Shown here: piece after piece, positions 1 through 8,761 of the stretch | Layout of the letters: each line of letters opens with the position of its first letter | Numbering within the stretch: the first letter of the stretch is position 1 | Virus record (IMG/VR): IMGVR_UViG_3300031998_000025 | Coordinates: 52,731-116,730 of that record | Direction: 5' to 3' (one strand) | Length of the DNA stretch: 64,000 nucleotides | Origin: a virus | Taxonomy: Duplodnaviria; Caudoviricetes | Translations under genes and position numbers: made by a program | The notes under the pieces: generated by a model | Told to the model about the DNA's origin: nothing | What the model saw: only the letters and a program-made list of their open reading frames with translations | Database searches by the model: none

Positions 1-1484
1 AGGCTATTGAAGATGTGTGGCGAGCGTACCAGCTTCGCTTTGATGCAATCCGCAAGAAGATTGAGTTCGTCAAGGTAGAGGAACTTGTTCCCTCGTTCTA
101 CAAGATAAATGTCAAGGGACACAAGAAAGGTGACTTGAAGTCCATAGAGTGCCATACCAAGAAGACTGAACTAACGAAGGTACTTACTTGGCTTGCTCGG
201 TACGGCAAGGAAGAAACCGTTTATTGGCTTGAATCTGCTATTCCTACCGCAGTAGAATCCAAGCAGAAGTTCTATAGAACGATACTGGCCAAGATACGCA
301 AGTTCGGCTTCGCCCGCCTCATGCGGTTGGCGCTGTCAAGAAGGACATCTGTATTCTCCGAATACGAGAAGCGTGGCAAGATTACCTTCGAATCGCTCAC
401 ATTTTCCGGTCGTAGCCGTATCAAGCGTCCTATCGTAGATGCTAGGCGTAACGAAACCGGAAAGTTCGACTATTTCATCGAATTTTCATGGGATTGGTTC
501 GACCAAGGATACCGTGGTGATAGCAAGAATACCTTGTGTATGCCATTCAAATACAACAAGGCCTACCATCGCTCGTTGAACCGCTACTGCAACGGGGAAG
601 ATACATCCTATACGATGGTTGTCCGAGGAAAGGACATCCATATAGTCCTCGCAAGGGACGGTTACCGTTACAAGAATACCGATGAAATTACAGAAGAAAA
701 TACCGTCGGCATAGACGTCAATTCCAAGCACAACATGTTCGCTTTGAGCACCGGGGAGTTCATCCCACACGACGAGGAACTCGTTGCGGAACTGGAGACC
801 GAACTGCTAAAAATAGACCAGAAGCAGAAGAACTACAATGCCCGGTTTGCTAAGGACGAAGAACATGATGCGTTCAAGATTTCTCACAAGGACAAGAAAC
901 GCATTGAAGCCATTACCTTGAAGCTGAACGAGTCAAACAAAAGACGCATAGCGGCCATGTGCAAGGACCTGTACTCGCGGGGTTACCGTCACATAGTGAT
1001 GGAGAACCTGACCGGGTTCCAGGGAAGGCGGCTGGATTCGACGGATAGGAACGGTATGAACCTGGGCCGTCTGCATCTCCGGATAGGACTTTCATCTCTG
1101 AAGGACGAGGTCGAGCACATCGCCCCGAAGTACGGCGAATCGCTTTCGCTGATACACCCGGAATATACTTCCAAGATGTGCCCGGTATGCGGCGCGATAG
1201 ACGACCGTAACCGCCCTGACCAGGAAACTTTCGACTGTGTGGAATGCCACCATCAGGACAATGCAGACCGCAACAGTTCGGTAAACATAAAATTCCGCGT
1301 TACCTCGACCGTGTTAAGGGGGAACCTGCTTGAACTGGCAGGGGATGGCGGATACAGGTACTTCCAGCCAAAGAGCCTGCCCATGTGGAAGGTAAGGAGG
1401 TGCCTGGAAAAATGCCGTTGCAGTGGCCTGTTCAAGCAGGCCATGGGAAATCACACAATTCTTACTGCTGGTAAGTTTGAGTAG
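1..1484 (+). CDS. tnpB: TnpB RNA-guided endonuclease (IS607-type), 5' end outside window
   Basis: RuvC-I GIDVN, RuvC-II VMENL, Zn ribbon CPVC..CVEC, RuvC-III ADRNSSVNI; frame is open to the window edge. Confidence 0.88.
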   Translation, partial: AIEDVWRAYQLRFDAIRKKIEFVKVEELVPSFYKINVKGHKKGDLKSIECHTKKTELTKVLTWLARYGKEETVYWLESAIPTAVESKQKFYRTILAKIRKFGFARLMRLALSRRTSVFSEYEKRGKITFESLTFSGRSRIKRPIVDARRNETGKFDYFIEFSWDWFDQGYRGDSKNTLCMPFKYNKAYHRSLNRYCNGEDTSYTMVVRGKDIHIVLARDGYRYKNTDEITEENTVGIDVNSKHNMFALSTGEFIPHDEELVAELETELLKIDQKQKNYNARFAKDEEHDAFKISHKDKKRIEAITLKLNESNKRRIAAMCKDLYSRGYRHIVMENLTGFQGRRLDSTDRNGMNLGRLHLRIGLSSLKDEVEHIAPKYGESLSLIHPEYTSKMCPVCGAIDDRNRPDQETFDCVECHHQDNADRNSSVNIKFRVTSTVLRGNLLELAGDGGYRYFQPKSLPMWKVRRCLEKCRCSGLFKQAMGNHTILTAGKFE

Positions 1485-1498
1485 ATTTCAGCCAACGG
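1..1498 (+). mobile_element. IS607-family element (right part), right end ...GTAGATTTCAGCCAACGG
   Basis: tnpB followed 14 nt later by a GG dinucleotide at the junction with a truncated tRNA; a GG core is typical of IS607. Confidence 0.65.
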
Positions 1499-1556
1499 TC
1501 GAACCGGCGACAGTCTGCTTGGAAGGCAGATATTCTACCTACTGAATTACCGCCGC
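1497..1556 (-). pseudogene. tRNA-Gly(TCC) 5' portion (nt 1-60), interrupted at the T-loop
   Basis: Reverse complement GCGGCGG TA ATTC AGTAGGTA GAAT A TCTGC CT-TCC-AA GCAGA CTGTC GCCGG TTCGACC: D arm, anticodon arm and T-loop present; acceptor 3' strand CCGCCGC absent. Confidence 0.85.
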
Positions 1557-1564
1557 ATGCCCCC

Positions 1565-1576
1565 CAATATAGCAAA
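1565..1576 (-). promoter_or_regulatory. Early/host-sigma promoter motif (TTTGCTATATTG) for the tRNA
   Basis: Variant of the recurring motif, 8 nt upstream of tRNA position 1. Confidence 0.6.
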
Positions 1577-1590
1577 GGTTCCTCCCGGCG

Positions 1591-1848
1591 TCAACCGAAA
1601 AGTCCCCACTTTTGACGCTCGATTTCTGCAGGGTCCGGGTCCGGGACATTCCCGTTACATATCCAGCGGTCATCCTTGTATATGACAACCTTCTCCCGGT
1701 TCTCCCCGGGAGCTTCCTTAACCTCCCGGAGTTCCCTCCGGAGCCTGCCGATTTCCCTCTCGACGTCCTCGGCGAGGTAGAACCGGTCCTTTCCCGGTTC
1801 CATCTCGGCGATTTCCTCGCGCGAATACGATTTCAGTATACGGTCCAT
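1591..1848 (-). CDS. Hypothetical protein, paralogue of 1905..2132
   Basis: First 30 aa identical to 1905..2132; shared DRWI.NG.VPD motif. Confidence 0.7.
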   Translation of the reverse strand: MDRILKSYSREEIAEMEPGKDRFYLAEDVEREIGRLRRELREVKEAPGENREKVVIYKDDRWICNGNVPDPDPAEIERQKWGLFG

Positions 1849-2164
1849 TCTTTATCCCCGCACAGCCTGGTGCTGTCGTCGATGGTTATACATTCCTCCC
1901 GGTGTCAGCCGAAGATTCCCAACTTGCCCCTTTTGTTCTCATGGATGTCGTCCGGAACCTGCCCGTTGGTAATCCACCGGTCACTCCCGGTAGCAGCGGG
2001 AGGTTTCTCCCGGAGCTTCCTGTTCAGTTCCCCGATTACCTTCTCGACGTCCTCGGCGAGGTAGAACCGGTCCTTTCCCGGTTCCATCTCGGCGATTTCC
2101 TCGCGCGAATACGATTTCAGTATACGGTCCATTCTTTATCCCCGCACAGCCTGGTGCTGTCGTC
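1758..2164. repeat. 123-bp exact direct repeat (1758-1880 and 2042-2164), 284-bp period
   Basis: Direct comparison of the two segments. Confidence 0.9.
1905..2132 (-). CDS. Hypothetical protein, paralogue of 1591..1848
   Basis: Tandem duplicate in the ligA operon. Confidence 0.7.
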   Translation of the reverse strand: MDRILKSYSREEIAEMEPGKDRFYLAEDVEKVIGELNRKLREKPPAATGSDRWITNGQVPDDIHENKRGKLGIFG

Positions 2165-2275
2165 TATTGTGATGCATTCCTCGTCGGGCTGGCCGGTGAC
2201 CTCGTCGCCGCATGACTGGAGGGCGAAGAGGGCGAGCATCGAGACGAATATGGAAATTACAAACAACTTATTCAT
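2117..2275 (-). CDS. Small lipoprotein (52 aa)
   Basis: Manual translation MNKLFVISIFVSMLALFALQSC...: signal peptide with lipobox LQSC; below the ORF-track length cutoff. Confidence 0.65.
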   Translation of the reverse strand: MNKLFVISIFVSMLALFALQSCGDEVTGQPDEECITIDDSTRLCGDKEWTVY

Positions 2276-2498
2276 GGTTGCCCCAGTTGCTCTTGTGGTT
2301 CTGTACGAGTTCGAGCAGCACCTTCTTGCAGTTGTCGCACATGGCGAGTCCTACATGGGTTACTCCCGGTGGCAGGTCCTGGCCATTCCCGCATATCTGG
2401 CAGGTGAACCCGTTACCGAAACCCGATGCACAGTCTATGTATATCGTGCCTTCACTTTCGGTAGACATGTTGGAGTATTCGTTGTCTTCCTTTGCCAT
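2268..2498 (-). CDS. Small Zn-finger protein
   Basis: CQIC..CDNC; ATG at 2498 just after the ligA stop. Confidence 0.6.
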   Translation of the reverse strand: MAKEDNEYSNMSTESEGTIYIDCASGFGNGFTCQICGNGQDLPPGVTHVGLAMCDNCKKVLLELVQNHKSNWGNHE

Positions 2499-2505
2499 TT
2501 CATCC

Positions 2506-4617
2506 TCACTTGAGTAGGTCCAGGAACTGGTCGAGGGTTTCCGGGGTGTAGACATCGATGTGCTGTCCTGCAGCGGTAAGGTCCTTGATTTTCTGGACCT
2601 TGGAGGGGCCGGCATTGTCTCCCATGAGCACCACGTTGCATTTCTTGGTAATCGACGAGCAGACTGTACCGCCATTTGCTACCACCATGTCCTTGAACAC
2701 GTCGCGGTCGAGCTTCTCGAAGGTACCGGTCATGATGCAGACCTTGCCTGCGAGCTTGGCGGACTGGACTTCCTTGACTGTCTGGGCGATACCCATCTGG
2801 ACGAACCGTGCAATCTGGACCACGTTGTTCGTGATGTACTCGACGAACTTGTTGGCGAGGAGGTCAGATACGCCGGACGAGGATGCGTTGATTGCGAAAT
2901 CCCTGATGAACTCCGCGGACTCCTCCGGGTTGGACGAGACGAACTTTGCGAACCCGCCCGCGTCGGATACGCACTTGGCTATCGCCGGTGACACCTGGTG
3001 GCCTATGCCGGGGATGGAGAGCCCCTCGATGAGCTGGTGCAGGTAGTTGCCCTTGGATTTCTGGATTGCGTCGATAATCTTCTGTGCGCCCTTCTCCGTC
3101 TTTCCACACCATGATGCAACGGATTCCGCATTCAGCGTATACAGGTCGGCGAAGCATGTGACCATTCCGGACTCCACGAGCTGGTCGACGATGGACTCTC
3201 CGACGCCCATGATGTTCATGCACTCGCGGGAGACGAAGTTGGACAGCTTGCCGGTAAGCTGCGCACGGCAGTCAGGGTTGTCGCATACCCATCCAACCAG
3301 TTCCTTGCCGGATTCGTTCACCTGGCACTTCAGCACCGAGCCGCAATACGGACAGTGGGAAGGACGGGTGTAGCGGGCGTAATGGCGTTCTGCATCCGTA
3401 GTAGGGTTCCACGGCATTACGTGGGCTACGTGCTCGCGGTCGGCCTTGGTGCGGAGTACCTCGTACTCGTCCTTGGTACGGCCGGTCTCCACGCACTTGA
3501 CCAGCTCGGGGATAATCTCGCCCGCCTTCCGGATTACCACGTGGCAGCCCTTGTGCAAGCCGAGGTAGTCTACTAGGTCCCAGTTGTGGAGGGAACAGCG
3601 GGTGACCGTGGTCATGGCCAGGTTCACCGGCTCGATTACGGCTACCGGGGTGATTGCGCCGGACATGCCGATGGATTCCTCGATGTTGAGCAGGAGCGTC
3701 TCCTTCTCCTCCGGGGGGAACTTGTAGGCACGGTAGAAGTTGGGGGACTTTGCCGTGTAGCCGAAGGTGGACTGGAGTTCCTTGCTGTCCACCTTGATTA
3801 CCACGCCGTCGATGGGATATGCCTGGGCGAACCGGCGCTCGCGCATGGATTCGGCTATGTTAACGAAGTCCTGTATGGAGTTGACTGTGTGGTGCTCGGG
3901 GACCTCGAAGCCTAGTGATTCGAGGGTGTCGATGTCCTGGGTCTGGGTCATGTTCGGGCTGCCCTTGACGATGAGGTAGCCGATGAAGGAGAGCCCGCGG
4001 CGGCCTACCTCCTCCGGGTCGTGCATCTTGAGCGTACCGGCGGCGCCATTCCTCGGGTTGGCGAAGGTTTTCTTTCCGTCCGCCTCGAGCTGGTCATTGA
4101 TTGGTTCGAAGTCAGCGAACTTCCATACCACCTCGCCGCGGATTTCCACGTCTCCCATGAGGTCAATCTTGTGGGGGATTCTGCGGACTCTGAGAGCGTT
4201 CTCGTAGACAGAGTCGCCCACGTTGTCCTTGCCTCTGGTGATTGAGTCAATGAGCTGGCCGTCCTTGTACTTCAGGGCAAGGCCGAGACCGTCAATCTTG
4301 TATTCAAGTTCCAGTGTGGGAGCCTTGGTCATCGTGGCAGTGCACCACTCGGTGGCCTCCTCGATGCCGTTGGAGTTGGAGATGGAAATCATCGGGATTT
4401 CGTGCCTTACCTTCCGGAAGCCCTCGGCGCCGTCCTCGACGTGCCTGGTAGGCGACGTATCGAGGATGAAGTCCGGGTTCGCCGCCTCGAACTCCTTGAG
4501 CATGATGTAGTTCTTGTCGTATACGTCGTCCGGAACGGAGGGCGTGCCTGCTGCGTATTCCTTCGCCCACTGGGTGAGGACGTCGCACATCTCGGTGTAT
4601 TGCTTGAAATCTATCAT
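2506..4617 (-). CDS. ligA: NAD-dependent DNA ligase
   Basis: EYKIDG adenylation motif, EIRGEV, ANPRN, IDGVVIK, OB fold, C4 Zn finger, HhH repeats, BRCT. Confidence 0.97.
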   Translation of the reverse strand: MIDFKQYTEMCDVLTQWAKEYAAGTPSVPDDVYDKNYIMLKEFEAANPDFILDTSPTRHVEDGAEGFRKVRHEIPMISISNSNGIEEATEWCTATMTKAPTLELEYKIDGLGLALKYKDGQLIDSITRGKDNVGDSVYENALRVRRIPHKIDLMGDVEIRGEVVWKFADFEPINDQLEADGKKTFANPRNGAAGTLKMHDPEEVGRRGLSFIGYLIVKGSPNMTQTQDIDTLESLGFEVPEHHTVNSIQDFVNIAESMRERRFAQAYPIDGVVIKVDSKELQSTFGYTAKSPNFYRAYKFPPEEKETLLLNIEESIGMSGAITPVAVIEPVNLAMTTVTRCSLHNWDLVDYLGLHKGCHVVIRKAGEIIPELVKCVETGRTKDEYEVLRTKADREHVAHVMPWNPTTDAERHYARYTRPSHCPYCGSVLKCQVNESGKELVGWVCDNPDCRAQLTGKLSNFVSRECMNIMGVGESIVDQLVESGMVTCFADLYTLNAESVASWCGKTEKGAQKIIDAIQKSKGNYLHQLIEGLSIPGIGHQVSPAIAKCVSDAGGFAKFVSSNPEESAEFIRDFAINASSSGVSDLLANKFVEYITNNVVQIARFVQMGIAQTVKEVQSAKLAGKVCIMTGTFEKLDRDVFKDMVVANGGTVCSSITKKCNVVLMGDNAGPSKVQKIKDLTAAGQHIDVYTPETLDQFLDLLK

Positions 4618-4622
4618 GCCTA

Positions 4623-4636
4623 CAAATATAGCAAAA
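4623..4636 (-). promoter_or_regulatory. Early promoter TTTTGCTATATTTG, leaderless ligA
   Basis: Motif ends 5 nt before the ligA ATG; no RBS. Confidence 0.7.
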
Positions 4637-4643
4637 ATAGTCG

Positions 4644-4883
4644 CTATTTGTGGAATTCAGTACCATTCAGATAGCAAAGAACCCCATGATAGTCGTCCAT
4701 ATTGATGCCGGATGCCAATTTCTTACGAAGCCTCCGGCCTGGATACTTCCTCCATGGCAATATGTATGTTCCAAGAAACTCGAAGCCATGATATATGGAC
4801 TGGAGCTGTATCTTATTCGGGTGCAACTGCAGTCCAAGTGTGCCATCAAGGAATTCCCGTATTCTCGGTATGAAAGACTTTAA
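4644..4883 (-). pseudogene. DGR-type reverse transcriptase, C-terminal remnant
   Basis: LKSFIPRIREFLDGTLGLQLHPNKIQLQSIYHGFEFLG..ILP matches RT motifs 6-7 downstream of YxDD; N-terminal part including YxDD is missing. Confidence 0.8.
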
Positions 4884-4903
4884 AATACAAAAACTATATA
4901 TAA

Positions 4904-6199
4904 CTATGCAAAAGTGTAAATATTATAGCACTTTTGTATATAGTTCTTGCTGAAGACTGCATTCTGGACATAGTCCCGTAGCAGGAAACGGTATTTCAGT
5001 CCCGTTTCTTTGATTCTTGAGAATAGTCCTTTCCAGTCATCCACCGGACCGAGTGTTTGCTTCCATTGCTCATCTCGGAACTGAATATTGAATCTTGGAT
5101 AGAACCATCTCTTTTCAAATTTCTTGTATGCACGTCTGCCGATTTCGATGCTGGCAGCAACCATGTCTGGCGTATTCTCGCTACCGTAGGCAAAGTTTCC
5201 TACGATGGATGAATACGCTGGATTGACCTCAACCAAATCGAATCTATGCAGGTTAGCAAGCATCTTCAGCTTCGTAACGAACAATCGGCGTTCCCATTTG
5301 TTGTTGCACAGCTTGTTTAGTTTCTTGCCTTTCTTCTGGTCTTTCGGCTTGATGCTCAAGTCTTCGATAGCCACGGTCTTGCACTTCCATACATCTACTA
5401 GTTTGGAAATCTCGTGAGCAATTGCAATCGTCTCGTGCCTTAGCTTGCTCGTGATGTACTTGGACTTACTGTCAGTGCTCGCCTTGCCGGAAGAACCCGT
5501 CAGCTTGCTTAAATCGAACACTTGCTTATGGAGAACCTTGAACTCGTCGTTCTTGTCGAACTCTATTACCGAAAGCCCGATGTAGTTAGGATTCATGTCG
5601 ATGCCGAGAACTCGCCTACAGTCTAGCTTCTTGAACCTCGCATTGTATATTAGGCTCTCGTCATAGGTAAGCCATACATATTTTTCCGACAACTTGACGG
5701 AAACCGTTATCTTGTTCTGTTCGACAAGTTGCTGTACCTTTGCAATTTCACTGGTGATTTTCTTCTTCATCGGAAGGAACCGAATGTCTACGTGTCTGTC
5801 CTTGCTGGGCTTGTATGTAAGTCGTTGATGGTCAAGGTCAAAGGCAAACAGCCTATTGCCCTTATGCAGTTTCTCGCCCTGGATGCCTATCGGGAACATC
5901 CTGCGGTACTTGAAAGTAGTCTTGTCTATAATCCCGACAAGGTACTGGTGCAGGTTGTTCTTTCCACCGAACAGGATATGCTTCTCGCCATTCAGCTTGT
6001 ACAGCGCAGCAGCTTCCTTGACGGCGGACTGGATGAACCAGCTGTTGTGGTCGAACATCGAATTGCAGTACGCTCGTACTTCCTTCTCTTCCATCCCGTC
6101 CTGGTAACGGTTAAACGCAACACGCACGATACTGCTGAACAGCCTCATGTCGTCCAGCACATCTATCTTGTTGCTTATCGTCAGTCTAACCGTCTTCAT
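4904..6199 (-). CDS. tnpB: TnpB-related nuclease lacking the Zn ribbon
   Basis: GIDMN, AIEDL, VNPAYSS..PDMVAASIEIGRR RuvC motifs. Confidence 0.85.
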   Translation of the reverse strand: MKTVRLTISNKIDVLDDMRLFSSIVRVAFNRYQDGMEEKEVRAYCNSMFDHNSWFIQSAVKEAAALYKLNGEKHILFGGKNNLHQYLVGIIDKTTFKYRRMFPIGIQGEKLHKGNRLFAFDLDHQRLTYKPSKDRHVDIRFLPMKKKITSEIAKVQQLVEQNKITVSVKLSEKYVWLTYDESLIYNARFKKLDCRRVLGIDMNPNYIGLSVIEFDKNDEFKVLHKQVFDLSKLTGSSGKASTDSKSKYITSKLRHETIAIAHEISKLVDVWKCKTVAIEDLSIKPKDQKKGKKLNKLCNNKWERRLFVTKLKMLANLHRFDLVEVNPAYSSIVGNFAYGSENTPDMVAASIEIGRRAYKKFEKRWFYPRFNIQFRDEQWKQTLGPVDDWKGLFSRIKETGLKYRFLLRDYVQNAVFSKNYIQKCYNIYTFA

Positions 6200-6247
6200 A
6201 TAGATATTTATTCCATTTCATCTATAAGTTTATATAGTTGTCTATAA

Positions 6248-6874
6248 CTATTTATTCAATTTGGATGGGTTTTCTTGCTTTTCTAGTTCTTTTCTCAACG
6301 TATTGAGCTTTCTACGGTGAGAATAGTTCTTCATCGTGAAGTAGTGGATTATCGAGATTAGGTCTTCGGTGAGTTCCTGTTCGTATGTCTTGTTATCTAG
6401 CACATCATTCAATACAAGAATTTTACAATCATAGAACTTGAAAATCTGTTCCAGCAAGTCGAAGCCGAAACGAATCAGTCTGTCCTTGTTCTCCACGACC
6501 ACTAGTTCCAGTTCGCCCTGGATTACTCGTCTAATTATCTCTTGGAAGTCTTTGCGGTCACTGTTCATACCAGACTTAATGTCGCTGTATTGCTTGGAGA
6601 CTATCAATCCACGAGCTACGCACGAATCGTATATCCGTTGTTTCTGCTCTTCAAGTTGCTTCTTCTGGTTTTGTGTAGATACACGGGAATAGGTAACTAT
6701 ATCACGGTTCTTCTTATCTACTACCTTACCGATGAACGCATATACCGAATCGTCATCGTATTCATACCGTGTTCGGCTATATTTATGTTTTACCTTAATC
6801 TTGCCTTCACGGACATAACGGCATAGAGTTTCCCTTGTGACATCCAACAGGTTTAATGCTTCTTTTGCTCTCAT
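6248..6874 (-). CDS. tnpA: IS607 transposase TnpA (MerR-type HTH + serine recombinase)
   Basis: N-terminal HTH, YSRVST catalytic motif, DIKSG, DRLIRFGF, ELTEDL. Confidence 0.93.
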   Translation of the reverse strand: MRAKEALNLLDVTRETLCRYVREGKIKVKHKYSRTRYEYDDDSVYAFIGKVVDKKNRDIVTYSRVSTQNQKKQLEEQKQRIYDSCVARGLIVSKQYSDIKSGMNSDRKDFQEIIRRVIQGELELVVVENKDRLIRFGFDLLEQIFKFYDCKILVLNDVLDNKTYEQELTEDLISIIHYFTMKNYSHRRKLNTLRKELEKQENPSKLNK

Positions 6875-6948
6875 AATTGAGTTTCCTACCAATAACTATA
6901 TTAAATATACATTATTTTTATACAGTTATCAATAGTTTATAACAATTT

Positions 6949-7224
6949 TCATTTAATAATATGTGATTCCGATACAATATGTATATCGAAATGTTGTCCA
7001 GTTGATATCCGTTTAACCTTATCCAATGAAGTATCGGGAAATCCAATAAATAGCATTTCCTTATTAATCTGCTTATATGACTTATGCTGGACCTTGTATG
7101 GAATGATGTGCATATTGAATAGATAGGCTGACCTCTCCCAAGCCCGCCAGAATAACCGGTCTCGAACAAGATTGATTACACCGTTATTATCATTTTCCAT
7201 TATCTGTATTTCTTCTATCCGCAT
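6949..7224 (-). pseudogene. MutS-N-terminal-like (MSL) DGR accessory protein, probably 3'-truncated
   Basis: FWRAWERSAYLF..IGFP motif typical of MutS-I-like DGR accessory genes; ORF ends at the IS boundary. Confidence 0.7.
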
Positions 7225-7245
7225 ATGTGTTCCTCTGTTCTACAA

Positions 7246-7259
7246 CAAATATAGCAAAA
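7246..7259 (-). promoter_or_regulatory. Early promoter TTTTGCTATATTTG for the MSL(-TR-RT) cassette
   Basis: Recurring motif; overlaps the T-tract of the terminator. Confidence 0.65.
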
Positions 7260-7282
7260 GCCCGCCTGATGGCGGGCTTTTT
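7256..7282. terminator. Bidirectional intrinsic terminator
   Basis: AAAAGCCCGCC-TGAT-GGCGGGCTTTT. Confidence 0.8.
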
Positions 7283-7287
7283 AATTT

Positions 7288-7338
7288 CGGGTTCCTACCG
7301 CCGCGGGGCTGCGCCGGCCGCGGGCGCTTCGGAACCCG
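7288..7338 (-). other. GC-rich hairpin immediately downstream of the DGR variable region
   Basis: GGGTTCC...GGAACCC outer stem with CCGCGG..CCGCGG inner stem, directly after the target stop codon. Confidence 0.55.
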
Positions 7339-7339
7339 G

Positions 7340-8761
7340 TTAAGCGGAATCCTTTAGCAGCCGAACAGAAAACCCGAAGGACCTGCTAAGGTAGTACTCG
7401 TAGAAGTAGCTGCCGTGGCAGCCGAGGTAACGGTAGTACGCGTACGACGTACCATACGGTGTAGCTGACCAGAAGAAACCGCTGTTGCCACCGTAATCCA
7501 CCCTGGAATCACCGGGAGCGTAATACCCACAGGGCTTCCCGTCAAACCCGTAGATATCGAACCCGTTCTCACCGTCCCAACCGGAGGTAGACTTCAGGTG
7601 GGTTCCAGCCTTGAAATCGCCCCCGCAGAACCTGGACAGCTTATTCCAGTCCTCACGGGAAGGAAGTCTCCAACCGTTTCCGTATTCCTTTGCCACCCGC
7701 ATGGCGGCTTCCCATGTGAAGTAGGTCTCTCCGTTTTCCACATAGATACCGTGTTCGGGGTCTGCGGGCATCTGGAGGTTGTGGCACATCCAAATCTGGT
7801 CACCTATCCTCACCGAATCCTCGTCTACCCGGTCGATATGCTGCTCCGGTTTCGGCGGAGGCGGGCATAGTTCGAACACGTTTCCGCCGAGCAGTTTCGA
7901 TAGTTGACGGGCATCCATGGCCTGGTCGGAGCCTCCGTTGTCGTGGTTCCACCTGGTAGTGACTGCCCTCAAGTTCTCCCACGGGTCGACAATGATAGAA
8001 ATCAGGGAAAGACCGTATTCATCCAGTGGAGCCTTCTTCCCCTTTACCCAGCTAACTTTCTTGAAGTTCGGTTTGTAGGCAAAGTAGACCCTGTTCAGTC
8101 CGTCGGAAGTATAGCTGTCCCACATGTTCTTAAGGTAAGTGATGCACCAGCGGGAATCCGGGTTGGTATACTTGCTGAACTTCTTCGCAGTATCGAAGTC
8201 GGGTATCGGTTCAATAATGTAGTCGCTGTTCTTGTACTTGGCAGAAGTAAGTTCCGTCTTGAGCTCGTCGTCGGCCTTCTGGACGACCGTACCGAACCTG
8301 GCCTCCAGGCCGGAGTAAGACAGTCCGTTCAGGTCGGAATCGTATTCCTCCGCATGACCATCGGATATCAGCTTGACTATCTTCTTCAGGGAGGACAGCT
8401 TCCTGGAATCCTGCCCCCGGTTCTCCAGGTTCAGCTCGCCGTAGGCAATCCTTGCAACACCCGGCTCGAACTTCTGGTTCTCCCCGTCATGGAAGAAGCG
8501 GTTCCTGATGGTTCTCTCAAAATACTCGATATATGTCTGTTTCTTCCCGGTCATCGTCAGGATGGGACGGCCGGTATCGTCTACCGCTATAGAGTCCCAT
8601 CTGTCCGCCATTTCCGGAAACATCTCCCGGATGACCCTCTTGGTCCTGTGGGTGGCGGTAGAGGCGACGTCCTCGAACAGGACGCCGTATGCCTCCACTA
8701 TAGCCCGGTAGCACCCGGTATCCTCCCGGAGTCCCCCGAGTATCTCACTCAAGCTATCCAT
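7340..8761 (-). CDS. DGR target protein: central WCIT domain + C-terminal FISUMP/CLec-fold domain
   Basis: IGDQIWMCHNL, FTWEAA, GWRLPSREDW, FFWSAT, GFSVRLLKD; true start probably MDSLSEI at 8761, overlapping the upstream stop. Confidence 0.8.
   Translation of the reverse strand: MDSLSEILGGLREDTGCYRAIVEAYGVLFEDVASTATHRTKRVIREMFPEMADRWDSIAVDDTGRPILTMTGKKQTYIEYFERTIRNRFFHDGENQKFEPGVARIAYGELNLENRGQDSRKLSSLKKIVKLISDGHAEEYDSDLNGLSYSGLEARFGTVVQKADDELKTELTSAKYKNSDYIIEPIPDFDTAKKFSKYTNPDSRWCITYLKNMWDSYTSDGLNRVYFAYKPNFKKVSWVKGKKAPLDEYGLSLISIIVDPWENLRAVTTRWNHDNGGSDQAMDARQLSKLLGGNVFELCPPPPKPEQHIDRVDEDSVRIGDQIWMCHNLQMPADPEHGIYVENGETYFTWEAAMRVAKEYGNGWRLPSREDWNKLSRFCGGDFKAGTHLKSTSGWDGENGFDIYGFDGKPCGYYAPGDSRVDYGGNSGFFWSATPYGTSYAYYRYLGCHGSYFYEYYLSRSFGFSVRLLKDSA
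7343..7500 (-). other. Putative DGR variable region (VR)
   Basis: Run of NNC codons (TAC, GGC, TGC, CAC, AGC, TTC) between FWS and GFSVRL, as expected from AAC-templated adenine mutagenesis. Confidence 0.65.

Larger units (their letters stand above)
4885..6950 (-). mobile_element. IS607-family element (tnpA + tnpB); ends approximate
   Basis: Serine-recombinase tnpA plus tnpB, low GC, AT-rich ends, flanked by two truncated genes. Confidence 0.85.

Noticed and set aside
1491-1556. Intact functional tRNA-Gly
   Set aside because: Acceptor-stem 3' strand and discriminator/CCA are replaced by IS sequence
4644-7340. Active DGR with template repeat, retron or group II intron
   Set aside because: No second copy of the VR, no YxDD, and no msr/msd or intron structure seen; only an RT C-terminal remnant
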